Source: an uncultured Gammaproteobacteria bacterium (GTDB taxonomy: Bacteria; Patescibacteriota; Microgenomatia; UBA8517). From it: a stretch of 64,000 nucleotides of DNA. The stretch is taken from the NCBI GenBank assembly GCA_964463425.1, contig CAYXBV010000001.1:55547-119546 (forward strand), read 5' to 3'. The notes below the pieces were generated by a model. It made no database searches. It was not told the DNA's origin and saw only the letters and a list, made by a program, of their open reading frames with translations. The position numbers and the translations under genes were made by a program. Below, piece after piece: positions 50,626-60,614 of this stretch (its first letter is position 1; each line of letters starts with the position of its first letter).

Positions 50626-51419
50626 TATATTTTTATAAAATCTGGAATAATAATTGGAGCTCCATCTTTACCTACAGGTACACCTAACTTTTCATTTGAA
50701 TGCGAACTAAAATCTAAAAACTTGCGAATCTCACTTTCTATTTTTACTTCAACCTTCTTTCTTTTACCTGGACTGTCAACGAAATTATTATGAGCCGTAT
50801 CGATGACAATATTGGGATTTTCTGAAGCGGTTTCTGTTTTCCATCTTCTTGTGGCATCTACTAATCTTGGCAAATAATCAGGAAAATTACTAAAAAACTC
50901 AGGATGTTCAAACTGTCTCTTCCTGATATCCAAAATTCTATCTAGTAAAATTTCAGATGGTGCATCTACTATAATGAAAAAATCAATTGGGATAATTGCA
51001 TCTTTTCTAATTGCCTCATATACCAAATTGTATGTATTGTGTTCGTTGTGTTCCATCAGGCCCATTTCTGCTTGTACTTGAGCATAGAGCGAATCCATTT
51101 CTATCGAGGGATCAAAAATTTGAACTTGAGACGAACTTGTTTGATCAATACCCCTGTGCCCCATTTGTTTGGCCTTTAAACCAAGAAAAGACATCTGAGT
51201 GTTAAAACATATCCCAAGTTTTGCTGGATTGTCATAAAACGATGTTAAAAACGGGTTATCTTGAAATTGTTCCTCAATAATTGTTGCTCCCCATTTTTCT
51301 CCCAAAAGAAAAGCTAGAGTTGACTTACCTGATGCCATAGCTCCAATAACACCTATCCTTAGCGAGCGAGGACGAAGCTCGTCTTCTTTTCTGGGTAATT
51401 TCGGTCTTTTTTTGTTCAT
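50625..51419 (-). CDS. Deoxynucleoside kinase (dNK/dCK/dGK family)
   Basis: P-loop IGVIGAMASGKSTL; E-Q-F-Q-x-N-P-F-L and FNTQ motifs of the dNK family. Confidence 0.75.
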   Translation of the reverse strand: MNKKRPKLPRKEDELRPRSLRIGVIGAMASGKSTLAFLLGEKWGATIIEEQFQDNPFLTSFYDNPAKLGICFNTQMSFLGLKAKQMGHRGIDQTSSSQVQIFDPSIEMDSLYAQVQAEMGLMEHNEHNTYNLVYEAIRKDAIIPIDFFIIVDAPSEILLDRILDIRKRQFEHPEFFSNFPDYLPRLVDATRRWKTETASENPNIVIDTAHNNFVDSPGKRKKVEVKIESEIRKFLDFSSHSNEKLGVPVGKDGAPIIIPDFIKI

Positions 51420-51428
51420 CTTTAAAAC

Positions 51429-52073
51429 TCAGGGTTTTCCAGGAACCTCGTGGTGTTTGCGGCATCGCGCTTCATAGAGCTCGCTTGCTCCAACAACCAC
51501 AACTGAATCATCATAATTTGCAGGTTCTCCATCTATTAATCGTTGTGTAAATGATGCTGGCCCACCGCAAACTTTACACACCGCACTGTTTTTGTCTAAT
51601 TTATCTGCTTGAACCATAAGAATCGGTACGAAACCGAAAGGTTCACCACGAAAATCCGTATCCAGACCAGCAACAATGACACGAATCCCCCTATCCGCCA
51701 TTTCTTGAATGAGTGGGACTATCTCCTTATTGAGAAATTGAGCGTTGTCAATAGCGACCAAAGAAACATCCTCCCTTAATACTTTTTTCAATTGTTCTGT
51801 AGTTTTAACTGGTGTTGCCTCAAACTCATTTCCTGCATGAGAGACAATCTTGTTTTTCGAAGACTCTTCAGTAACACAGACATTAAATGCCTGAATTTTA
51901 TAATCACCGTAAGTGGCCCGACGAAGGCGCCTAATTATTTCGTCCGTTTTTCCACAGGACTTTGGGCCAACAATAATTTCAACAGAACCCATCTCTATTT
52001 GTCTGTATTCAGAATTCTTTTCTCGTTCCAACATTTCCTTTCGTTTTGTATCAATACTAAGCAGTTCTGTCAA
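51429..52073 (-). CDS. tdk: Thymidine kinase (true start probably downstream of the annotated ORF start)
   Basis: P-loop GPKSCGKT; C-terminal zinc motif CKVCGG; AGLDTDFRGEPF. Confidence 0.85.
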   Translation of the reverse strand: MTELLSIDTKRKEMLEREKNSEYRQIEMGSVEIIVGPKSCGKTDEIIRRLRRATYGDYKIQAFNVCVTEESSKNKIVSHAGNEFEATPVKTTEQLKKVLREDVSLVAIDNAQFLNKEIVPLIQEMADRGIRVIVAGLDTDFRGEPFGFVPILMVQADKLDKNSAVCKVCGGPASFTQRLIDGEPANYDDSVVVVGASELYEARCRKHHEVPGKP

Positions 52074-54070
52074 CTACTAGATGTAGATTTTTCTGGAGTT
52101 GGCTTACGCCACGAAGCCCATTCACAATCAGGGTATTGAGAGCATCCAAAGAATTTTCTTTTCTTTTTAGTTTGTCTAATAATAACATCTCCCTTTTTAC
52201 ATTCAGGGCATTTCATACCTATTTTTTCAATATATTTTTCAGTGTGTTTGCAATCAGGGAATCTTGAACAAGAAATAAATTTCCCAAATCTTCCGATTCT
52301 AATAACTAATTCGCCTTCTTTGCAGGTTGGACATTTTTTCCCAAGTTTCTCAACTTCGATCTTAACCCTCTCCGCTGTTTTCTCTACCGTTTTAAGTTTT
52401 TTACCAAGGGGTTTCCAAAATCCAGCTATTAACTTTTCCCACTCTTTTTCCCCTGCGGCAACATCGTCCAAATCGGATTCCATTTGAGCAGTAAAAGTGT
52501 ATTCAAATACATCAGGGAAATTCGACAGTAGAAAATCGTTTACGGCAACCCCCACAGGTGTTGAGTAAAATCTTCTTTCTTTCTTTTCAACATAGTTTCT
52601 CATTTGAATTGTTGAAATTGTCGGAGCATAAGTTGAAGGCCTACCTATTCCCAGTTTTTCAAGCGTTTTTATAATTGAGGCTTCGTTATATCTTGGTGGA
52701 GGCTCTGTAAATTTTTGATTCGATATAACTTTAACTAAACTCAATTCTTCGTTAACCGCTAGCGTTGGCAACTCTTGTTCTTCGTTGTTCCCGGTTCTTT
52801 TAATTACCTTTCTCCATCCATCAAATTTAGTCATACGTCCGGAGGTTCTTAAGAAATATTTCTTGCCATTTGCTCCCTCAACTTCTATTGTCGTTTCGTC
52901 ATATATCGCTTCCATCATTTGGCAAGCAATAAACCTGCCCCAAATAAGTCCGTAAAGCTTTTCGGCGTCTTTTCCATATCTTCCTGATACTTCCACTTCC
53001 TTTTTCATTTTGGTTGGACGAATTGCTTCGTGGGCTTCTTGAGCAACCTTAGCCTTCGTTTTGTAAAATCGGGGCTTTTCCGGAAGATATTCTTTACCAT
53101 GTGCTTTTTCGATATATCCTCTTACTTTCTTTATTGCAGAAGCGGCAATATTAGTCGAATCAGTTCGATGATAAGTAATTAAACCTTCCTCATATAGTCT
53201 TTGGGCCACCGACATTGTTTTCTTTGCTGACCAATGAAAAAGGCTGGCCGCTGATTGTGTCATCGTGGAAGTCGTAAAAGGAGCATTTGGGTTTTTCTTT
53301 ACTTCTCTTTTCTTAATATCTAGAACTCTATATTTCGATTTTTTTAACCCCGAGGTAACACTATCCGCATCTTTTTTATTCGAGATGTCGGCTTTCTTAT
53401 TATCAACTTTGATTAACCTAACGGTTAATTTACTCTTTTTGCCACCTGCTTGAGAAACATCGCAAAAGAATTCCCAATATTCATCTGGCTTAAATTTCTT
53501 AATCTTTCTTTCTCTTTCAACTATTAATCGAACAGCGATTGTTTGTACTCGACCAGCTGATAGTCCGCGTCTTACCTTTTTCCAAAGAAGTGGGGAAAGT
53601 TGATAACCAACAAGCCTGTCCAAAACTCGCCTCGCAATTTGGGCATCAACAAGTTTTTCATCAATACTGCGTGGTGACTCAATGGCCTTGTTAACGGCTT
53701 TATTTGTAATTTCATGAAAGACGATTCTTTTTATTTTGTCTTCTGAAATTTTTCCCTTTGTGTCTTCCTGAAATAACTCAGAAGCGTGGTGTGCAATTGC
53801 TTCTCCTTCACGGTCAGGGTCAGTCGCCAGATATATTTTTTTTGCCTTCTTGGCAGCCGCTACCATTTCTTTTATGCTCTTCTCTCTTCCCTTAACGACA
53901 ACATAATCCGGCTTAAAATTATTTTCAACATCCACCCCTAGTTTTGATTTGGGTAAATCCTTAAGATGACCTGTTGTCGCCATCACCTTAAAATCCCCAC
54001 TTAAAAACTTTGTTATCGTTCTTGCTTTTGTTGGGCTCTCTACAATTATTAAATCCATGTACTTAGTCAA
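52070..54070 (-). CDS. topA: DNA topoisomerase I with C-terminal zinc ribbons
   Basis: Toprim (LIIVESPTKARTI); active-site region; CPTCKEG/CPECKKG zinc ribbons. Confidence 0.92.
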   Translation of the reverse strand: MTKYMDLIIVESPTKARTITKFLSGDFKVMATTGHLKDLPKSKLGVDVENNFKPDYVVVKGREKSIKEMVAAAKKAKKIYLATDPDREGEAIAHHASELFQEDTKGKISEDKIKRIVFHEITNKAVNKAIESPRSIDEKLVDAQIARRVLDRLVGYQLSPLLWKKVRRGLSAGRVQTIAVRLIVERERKIKKFKPDEYWEFFCDVSQAGGKKSKLTVRLIKVDNKKADISNKKDADSVTSGLKKSKYRVLDIKKREVKKNPNAPFTTSTMTQSAASLFHWSAKKTMSVAQRLYEEGLITYHRTDSTNIAASAIKKVRGYIEKAHGKEYLPEKPRFYKTKAKVAQEAHEAIRPTKMKKEVEVSGRYGKDAEKLYGLIWGRFIACQMMEAIYDETTIEVEGANGKKYFLRTSGRMTKFDGWRKVIKRTGNNEEQELPTLAVNEELSLVKVISNQKFTEPPPRYNEASIIKTLEKLGIGRPSTYAPTISTIQMRNYVEKKERRFYSTPVGVAVNDFLLSNFPDVFEYTFTAQMESDLDDVAAGEKEWEKLIAGFWKPLGKKLKTVEKTAERVKIEVEKLGKKCPTCKEGELVIRIGRFGKFISCSRFPDCKHTEKYIEKIGMKCPECKKGDVIIRQTKKKRKFFGCSQYPDCEWASWRKPTPEKSTSSS

Positions 54071-54082
54071 TAAAACATTATT

Positions 54083-54748
54083 CTAGACGATTGAGTCAAG
54101 TATGTCTTTTGGTTTTTGGGCAATTTGCGCCCCATTTTCTATTAAATACAGCGGTGCCGCAGAGAGAGGTGAGTCAATTGGTCCAGGAATTGCGAACACG
54201 TCTCTCCCTTGATTTGCCGCCCATGAAGCTGTTGATAAAGTACCACTTCTTCTAGCTCCTTCGACAACCAAAACAGCAAGCGATAATCCCGATATTATTC
54301 TGTTTCTCGTCAAAAAATTTTTACCCAATGGTTTAGTTCCAAGAGGAAATTCAGAAATTATAACACCGCTATTTTTTATCCTTTCAGCAAGTGATTTATT
54401 TTCTGGCGGATAGACAATATCCAATCCGCATCCCAATACCGCTATTGTTCTACCGCCTGCACTTAATGCTGCCTTGTGAGCAATAGTGTCAATACCCCTG
54501 GCAAGACCCGACACAATAGTTACTTTATTTTTAGCCAACTCTCTAGCAAATTTTGCAGCCATTCTTTTACCGTAGTCTGTCATTCTTCTTGTCCCTATTA
54601 TGGCAACTGCTTTTTTATCTGCTTTCCTCATACTCCCAGACATGTATAAAAGTTGAGGTCTTTCATTAGCGGGCAATGATAGAAGATTCTCCGGATATTT
54701 TTTATCTTGCCAGCTTGCTTTGTAAATTTTCTTAATTGTCTTGTTCAT
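54083..54748 (-). CDS. dprA: DNA-processing protein DprA (Smf), Rossmann-only short form
   Basis: AVAIIGTRRMTDYG...SGLARGIDTIAH...LGCGLD. Confidence 0.8.
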   Translation of the reverse strand: MNKTIKKIYKASWQDKKYPENLLSLPANERPQLLYMSGSMRKADKKAVAIIGTRRMTDYGKRMAAKFARELAKNKVTIVSGLARGIDTIAHKAALSAGGRTIAVLGCGLDIVYPPENKSLAERIKNSGVIISEFPLGTKPLGKNFLTRNRIISGLSLAVLVVEGARRSGTLSTASWAANQGRDVFAIPGPIDSPLSAAPLYLIENGAQIAQKPKDILDSIV

Positions 54749-56384
54749 GAAACCAGTAATCGAATATTTCCCTCGCTATTGGTCCAGCAACTTGTGAGCC
54801 CTCGCCTCCTTTTTCTACTAAAACGGTCATCACTATTTCAGGAAAGTCTGATGGGGCAAAAACAGTAAACCATGCATGAGTGGCATCTTCTTGGTTTGTT
54901 TCTGCCGTTCCTGTTTTACATGCAACTAGAGGAGTAAAATCAAAAAAAGTATAACCAGTTCCTCCATCACTACAAACCTCAACCATTCCCTCTTTTACAA
55001 ATTCTAGGTTGTCTGTGTCTATTTTAACTTCTTCGCATTTCTCATTACCGGCAATTTTCGGCTCACATAGATACCCGCTTGATGCAATTGTTGATATGGC
55101 GGTGTTAATACCAACTGGTGTTAAAGAAAGATCTCCTTGTCCAATAGAAACATGATAAGTATTACCTAAGAACCAGCGCTCACCCTTAACTCTTTCTTTC
55201 CATTCCGGAGAGGGCACTAATCCTGAAATCTCTCCAGGTAAATCGATTTCTGTTTTACTTCCAAGCCCTAGTTTGTGTGACCACTCCACTAGTTTATCTA
55301 TTCCAACCAGCTCACCAATCTTGTAGAAAAATGTGTCTGTCGACCGAGCAATGGCTCTTACTAAATCTATCTCTCCTTCTGTTTTTCCATATTGAGTAAA
55401 GTACCAGTTAGAATAAGAAAATTTTCCATACAAAGTATCCATTGTGATCTGTCCTGTATCTTCATAAATATATTCTTCGTCTATCTCTCCTTCTTCTAAA
55501 GCGGCTATGGCCACAACTGGCTTGTATACAGACCCCGGAGCGAAACTTCCACCAATAACACGATTAAATAGCGGCAAATTCTTATCGTTTAATACCTCGC
55601 TTATTTCTGCCTGCTTATGACCATCAACAAATATGTTCGGATCAAAGGAAGGCGAGGAGTAAAGAGCTAAAACCTCACCTCTTGGGTCTGTGGAAATAAC
55701 CGCTCCTTGTTTTTCGGGTGGCATATCTTCACTTTCTACCACAGCTTTGGCAACAGCTTCTTGTAAACCATAGTGAATTGTTGTTTGAATATCATTGCCG
55801 GGAGTTGGATCTTTTTTGCCAAGAACCCTAATTTTCCGACCAGAAGAATCTACTTCTACTAACTCTTCACCATCAATACCAGACAAAATACATTCATACT
55901 GTTCTTCTAAGCCACTTCGACCCACTAATTGGCCTATTTTTCTTGCCCCTTTCTCGGGACACTGAGGATTAATGGTATCTAACTCTTCTTCGTTCACTTC
56001 ACCAACATAGCCAGTTAAATGAGCCGCGGCGGCTCCAAGTTTATAGTCTCTTTCCCACTCAGTAATCAACTCTTCTTCAGTGGCATTGCTAATGTCTTTT
56101 GTTTTTTCATAAGCAGACCCCGGAGTAAAAGATACTTTCAGTTGTATTTCTTTGTTTCCCGCTAATAACTCACCGCCTCTGGCAATTATGTTTCCTCGGG
56201 GTGCGGTAATTGGTACACGCCTAATTCTATTTCCTTCTGCTAAATCTCTGTAATACTCTCCCTTGATAATCTGAAGTTCAATAAGTCTCCCCACCACAAT
56301 CACGAAACCCAAAATAAGAACTCCTCTTAAAAACCACCCCAACCAGCTTTGTGACTTGGAGTTCGAAAGTGTTTCCATAACCAT
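54732..56384 (-). CDS. mrdA: Penicillin-binding protein 2 / peptidoglycan D,D-transpeptidase (class B PBP)
   Basis: N-terminal TM plus dimerisation domain; SVYKP (SxxK) and KTGTA motifs. Confidence 0.85.
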   Translation of the reverse strand: MVMETLSNSKSQSWLGWFLRGVLILGFVIVVGRLIELQIIKGEYYRDLAEGNRIRRVPITAPRGNIIARGGELLAGNKEIQLKVSFTPGSAYEKTKDISNATEEELITEWERDYKLGAAAAHLTGYVGEVNEEELDTINPQCPEKGARKIGQLVGRSGLEEQYECILSGIDGEELVEVDSSGRKIRVLGKKDPTPGNDIQTTIHYGLQEAVAKAVVESEDMPPEKQGAVISTDPRGEVLALYSSPSFDPNIFVDGHKQAEISEVLNDKNLPLFNRVIGGSFAPGSVYKPVVAIAALEEGEIDEEYIYEDTGQITMDTLYGKFSYSNWYFTQYGKTEGEIDLVRAIARSTDTFFYKIGELVGIDKLVEWSHKLGLGSKTEIDLPGEISGLVPSPEWKERVKGERWFLGNTYHVSIGQGDLSLTPVGINTAISTIASSGYLCEPKIAGNEKCEEVKIDTDNLEFVKEGMVEVCSDGGTGYTFFDFTPLVACKTGTAETNQEDATHAWFTVFAPSDFPEIVMTVLVEKGGEGSQVAGPIAREIFDYWFHEQDN

Positions 56385-56413
56385 ATAATACCGTAATTTA
56401 TTGGATAACTCAG

Positions 56414-56743
56414 TTGTTTTTTGCTATATTGCCCCTATCGATCATTAAAAAACCAATTGGAGGTGTAACGATGAGTGTCGGCACTATTGTATTCATAAGC
56501 GTTTTACTTATATTGGGTAGTTGGTGCATCATATATTTTACGTTCAGGCTATGGCCAATACTTGTTAATTTTTTAATTGGGACAACTGCATTAGCCTACA
56601 TCCTCGAAGAGGGACAATCCGGTTGGTGGATCTCTTTGCCAATTATTTGGTATGTAGCATCCATTATTCCAATTGTTTTGTTAATATATGTCGCAGTTAA
56701 AATCGACCTTGAAGAACAAAACAATATTAGAAACTGGGATTAA
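56414..56743 (+). CDS. Hypothetical small membrane protein (3 TM)
   Basis: ORF only; occupies the slot between mreB and pbp2 on the opposite strand. Confidence 0.35.
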   Translation: MFFAILPLSIIKKPIGGVTMSVGTIVFISVLLILGSWCIIYFTFRLWPILVNFLIGTTALAYILEEGQSGWWISLPIIWYVASIIPIVLLIYVAVKIDLEEQNNIRNWD

Positions 56744-56812
56744 CCCTAACAATTGGCAAGATTAAGCAAAGAGCTTTCAATATGTACTATAAATATTGGA
56801 AGCTCTATCTAT

Positions 56813-57871
56813 TTACAACCCTTTGGTTACTTTGATTTTCTTAAGAAGCCCTGAATCTTCTAGTGTTTTTCCACACCCCTTAGCAACACAAGCAATTGGA
56901 TCGTCAGCTATCCATACTGGCATCTTTGTTTCTTCTGAAACCACCTCGTCAATGCCAGGCAAAAGAGATCCTCCTCCTGCCATGACGATACCTTTTTCCA
57001 TAATGTCAGAAACTAACTCCGGTGGAGTTTCTTCAAGAGCATCAACAATATTTCCAATAATTTCTCTAATTATCGGCGACAAAGACTCTCTTACCTCTGT
57101 ACTTGAAAGTTTTATTGATTTTGGTAATCCAGACTCTAAATCTCTACCTCTAATTACGTGGAACTTTTCCTTTTTTGAAACAGCAGAACCAATATTTATT
57201 TTTACTTCTTCGGCCGTTGATTCACCCAAAAGAAGAGAATATTTTAACCTTGCATATTTAACAATGGCTTCATTCATCTCATCTCCAGCAATTCTCACCG
57301 AACGACCAATAACGATACCGCCCAAAGATATGACTGCAATTTCTGTTGTTCCTCCTCCAATATCAACCACAAATTTCCCACGAGGATCTTCTATAGATAG
57401 TCCAGCTCCAATAGCTGCCGCCATCGGTTCTTCTATAAGATGTGCTTGTCTAGCTCCTGCAGCGACAGCCGCATCGGCAACAGCCCGCCTTTCAACTTCG
57501 GTCACTCCAGAAGGAATACCAATAACAACTCTTGGTCTGGGAATTTTAGGAATCACTGTTCCTGATTCGTGGACTTTTTTAATATAGTGATCTAACATTG
57601 CCGCCGTAGCATCAAAATCCGCAATAACTCCATCTCTTAGGGGCCTTATCGTTTCGATGGTTGCGGGAACACGCCCCAACATTCTTTTTGCCGAAGAACC
57701 AATGGCCAATATTTCTTTTGTTTTTTTATGTCTAGCTACAACGGAAGGTTCTCTTATAACAATTCCTTTTCCTTTTACCCAAACTAATGTGTTAGCAGTA
57801 CCTAGGTCGATACCAACATCATGACTGAAGAAACCAAGAATGCGATTTATCATATCTTTATTATCCCACAC
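56813..57871 (-). CDS. mreB: Rod shape-determining protein MreB (probable start at Met7, coordinate 57853)
   Basis: Actin-fold motifs GIDLGTANT, DIGGGTTE. Confidence 0.92.
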   Translation of the reverse strand: MWDNKDMINRILGFFSHDVGIDLGTANTLVWVKGKGIVIREPSVVARHKKTKEILAIGSSAKRMLGRVPATIETIRPLRDGVIADFDATAAMLDHYIKKVHESGTVIPKIPRPRVVIGIPSGVTEVERRAVADAAVAAGARQAHLIEEPMAAAIGAGLSIEDPRGKFVVDIGGGTTEIAVISLGGIVIGRSVRIAGDEMNEAIVKYARLKYSLLLGESTAEEVKINIGSAVSKKEKFHVIRGRDLESGLPKSIKLSSTEVRESLSPIIREIIGNIVDALEETPPELVSDIMEKGIVMAGGGSLLPGIDEVVSEETKMPVWIADDPIACVAKGCGKTLEDSGLLKKIKVTKGL

Positions 57872-57971
57872 AAGCTATTTTGCTTCGCGTCAAGTATATC
57901 CTTGAAAGTACGCCTTTGCAAAGCGGGAAACTCTTTCTTTTAATGCCTAATTAATGTAAATTTAGGGAGTT

Positions 57972-60038
57972 GTGATTACTTGGTTTGCAAACTCAATACC
58001 TTTTCTCTTTAATTTCCTTTTTTTCTTTGTACCCCTGGTCTTATTCCCAAAAACGTCTGAGCTTTTTGAATTCAATAAGGTTGTTTTAGTTTATGCCACC
58101 ACAATAATTATTGTTTCTTCCTGGCTAATTAAGATGGTCTCTGAGAAGAAAATTATATTCCGTCGCACAATATTAGACTACCCCATTTTAATCTTTTTAT
58201 TAATTCAATTAATTTCTGTGTTCTTCTCGATTGACGTCCATACTTCTATTTTTGGTTATTATTCTCGCTTTCATGGAGGTTTTCTTTCCTCACTCTCCTA
58301 CTCTCTTCTTTACTGGGCATATGTTTCAAATATGAACTTTTCCACAACAAAAAAGGCTGTTCGCATTACGCTTGTCTCCGCCATGTTGGTATCTATTTAC
58401 GGTGTTCTTGAACGTTTTGGAATAGATAAAAATATTTGGGTGCAAGATGTACAAAACAGAATATTCTCAACACTAGGACAGCCTAATTGGCTAGCTGCAT
58501 GGCTTACTGGCCTTATTCCCATTACCTGGATGTTAATCATCTCTGGAGGGCAAAAAAACAAGTTTCGGAATGGATTACTTGCTTTATTTTCTTTATTTTT
58601 TCTTGCACTGCTCTACACCCGATCTCGGTCTGGTATTTTAGGCTTCACTGCTTCCTATTTCATCTTTTGGATTGGTTACTATTTTATCTACAAAAACTTC
58701 AAACCCATTCTCAAATCTTTTATCCAAATCACCTTTGCTATTGTTCTTGTTACTTTAGTTGCGGGAACACCCTGGACACCTAGTTTAAGTGATATGTTTA
58801 AAAAACCTAACGTTGCTGAAACCCAAACAACGAATATCATCACTGGACCCGCTTTAGAAATCGGCGGAACAGAGTCTGGAGAGATTAGAAAAATCGTTTG
58901 GAGGGGTGCTCTAAACATTTGGAAAGGGTATCCAGTATTTGGCTCCGGTGTCGAAACATTTGCTTATTCGTATTACAATTTTCGACCTGTTGAGCACAAT
59001 CTAGTTTCAGAATGGGATTTTCTCTATAACAAAGCTCACAATGAATATTTAAATTTTCTAGCTACCACCGGAACCGCAGGTTTCTTGTCATATCTCGCGC
59101 TACTTGCTACATCCATTTATATTTTTATACTTCCCTATCTTAATAAGCATAAACTAAAACAAACCCAAAGAGACGAAAAACATCTTTTGCCTCTGGCGCT
59201 CTTGTCAGGATTTTCTAGCTTAATGGTTACAAACTTTTTTGGCTTCTCAGTAGTCCCCGTAGCTCTTTTGTTGTTCTTGTTTCCAGCCATGATGATTAGC
59301 ATAAATACAAAAAAAGACACAAATACTGAAACTCTCAAAAGCGAAAAGCCAGATATCGTGCAAGTTATTGCCATGGGCGTTGTTGCTTCTGTTGTTTTTT
59401 ATCTACTCTTTTCGTTATCTCGATATTGGTACGCAGATACACTATACGCAGAAGCGAAATTACAAAACGACTTGGAGAACTATGGTGACGGAAGAGAAAT
59501 GCTGCTGAAGGCAATAAAAATTTCTCCTAAAGAAGCTGTTTATTACGATGAACTGTCAGAGGCAACAAGCGGTATTGCTTTAAGTCTCAGCGAAGCAGAC
59601 AATATAGAAGCTGCTGAACAATTTGCCTTGACTTCTATAAGCGAGTCCAAGAAAGCAGTGGAATTATCTTCATCCAATCTCAACATTAGAAGAAATCAGG
59701 CAAGATTATTTATCAGACTTTCTATTATCGATCCTAATTATTTAATCGGAGCAAAAAAATCTTTAATCGAGGCAGTTGAGTTGGCACCAACAGACGCAAA
59801 GATTTTTTACAATCTCGGGTTGACTCTGGCTCGACTAGGCGAAACCAATGAAGCAATTGAAGTTATGGGAAAAACAGTCGAAATGAAAAGCAACTATCGA
59901 GATGCGCGTTTTGCAAAAGCTCTTCTTTTAATAGATGTCGGGAGAAACGAAGAAGCAATTGTGGAATTGACCTATATATTAGATAACTTATACCCCGACG
60001 ATGAGCTCGTTCGGCTTCAACTAGAAGAAATAAGATAA
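57972..60038 (+). CDS. O-antigen ligase/Wzy_C family membrane protein fused to C-terminal TPR repeats
   Basis: ~12 TM; YTRSRSGILG, GSGVETFAYSYY and AHNEYLNFLATTG (H-N-x-Y-L) Wzy_C motifs; TPR-like C-terminus. Confidence 0.75.
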   Translation: MITWFANSIPFLFNFLFFFVPLVLFPKTSELFEFNKVVLVYATTIIIVSSWLIKMVSEKKIIFRRTILDYPILIFLLIQLISVFFSIDVHTSIFGYYSRFHGGFLSSLSYSLLYWAYVSNMNFSTTKKAVRITLVSAMLVSIYGVLERFGIDKNIWVQDVQNRIFSTLGQPNWLAAWLTGLIPITWMLIISGGQKNKFRNGLLALFSLFFLALLYTRSRSGILGFTASYFIFWIGYYFIYKNFKPILKSFIQITFAIVLVTLVAGTPWTPSLSDMFKKPNVAETQTTNIITGPALEIGGTESGEIRKIVWRGALNIWKGYPVFGSGVETFAYSYYNFRPVEHNLVSEWDFLYNKAHNEYLNFLATTGTAGFLSYLALLATSIYIFILPYLNKHKLKQTQRDEKHLLPLALLSGFSSLMVTNFFGFSVVPVALLLFLFPAMMISINTKKDTNTETLKSEKPDIVQVIAMGVVASVVFYLLFSLSRYWYADTLYAEAKLQNDLENYGDGREMLLKAIKISPKEAVYYDELSEATSGIALSLSEADNIEAAEQFALTSISESKKAVELSSSNLNIRRNQARLFIRLSIIDPNYLIGAKKSLIEAVELAPTDAKIFYNLGLTLARLGETNEAIEVMGKTVEMKSNYRDARFAKALLLIDVGRNEEAIVELTYILDNLYPDDELVRLQLEEIR

Positions 60039-60086
60039 ACACTTAGGTCTTAAAATTTGGCCTCAAATGGGTTATAATTACTCATA

Positions 60087-60608
60087 ATGATTAGAAAAGT
60101 CGTTCAAGCAGGTGATCCCAGACTAAGAAAAGTTTCTAAGCCCGTTGGCAAAATTGACAAAAAAATAAAACTATTAATTGCTGATCTAAAAGAGACATTG
60201 CGCGCTCACAGAAACCCCGAAGGGGTTGGTTTAGCTGCTCCACAAATCGGCAAAAATCTACGAGTATTTGTAATGCTTGACGGAAAGGAACTTAAAACAG
60301 TCGTCAACCCTGAAATAATTTCCGTTACTAAAGGTAAATCAAAAGACAAGGAAGACGAAGCACTAGAGGGTTGCCTTTCGGTGCCAGACTATTACGGACC
60401 ATTAACACGAGGAGAAACCGTTAAAATTAAATATTTGAATGAAGATGAAAAAGAAATAATCGAGACCTTTAGGAATTTCCCCGCCCAAATTGTTCAGCAT
60501 GAAATAGATCATCTCAACGGTTTTCTTTTTATCGACAGACTACTCGAGCAAAAACGCCCTCTTTATCAAATCAAAGACGGCGAAGCTGAAGAGGTTGATT
60601 TTATTTAA
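60087..60608 (+). CDS. def: Peptide deformylase
   Basis: GVGLAAPQIG, EGCLSVP, HEIDHLNG motifs. Confidence 0.92.
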   Translation: MIRKVVQAGDPRLRKVSKPVGKIDKKIKLLIADLKETLRAHRNPEGVGLAAPQIGKNLRVFVMLDGKELKTVVNPEIISVTKGKSKDKEDEALEGCLSVPDYYGPLTRGETVKIKYLNEDEKEIIETFRNFPAQIVQHEIDHLNGFLFIDRLLEQKRPLYQIKDGEAEEVDFI

Positions 60609-60614
60609 CAAAGT

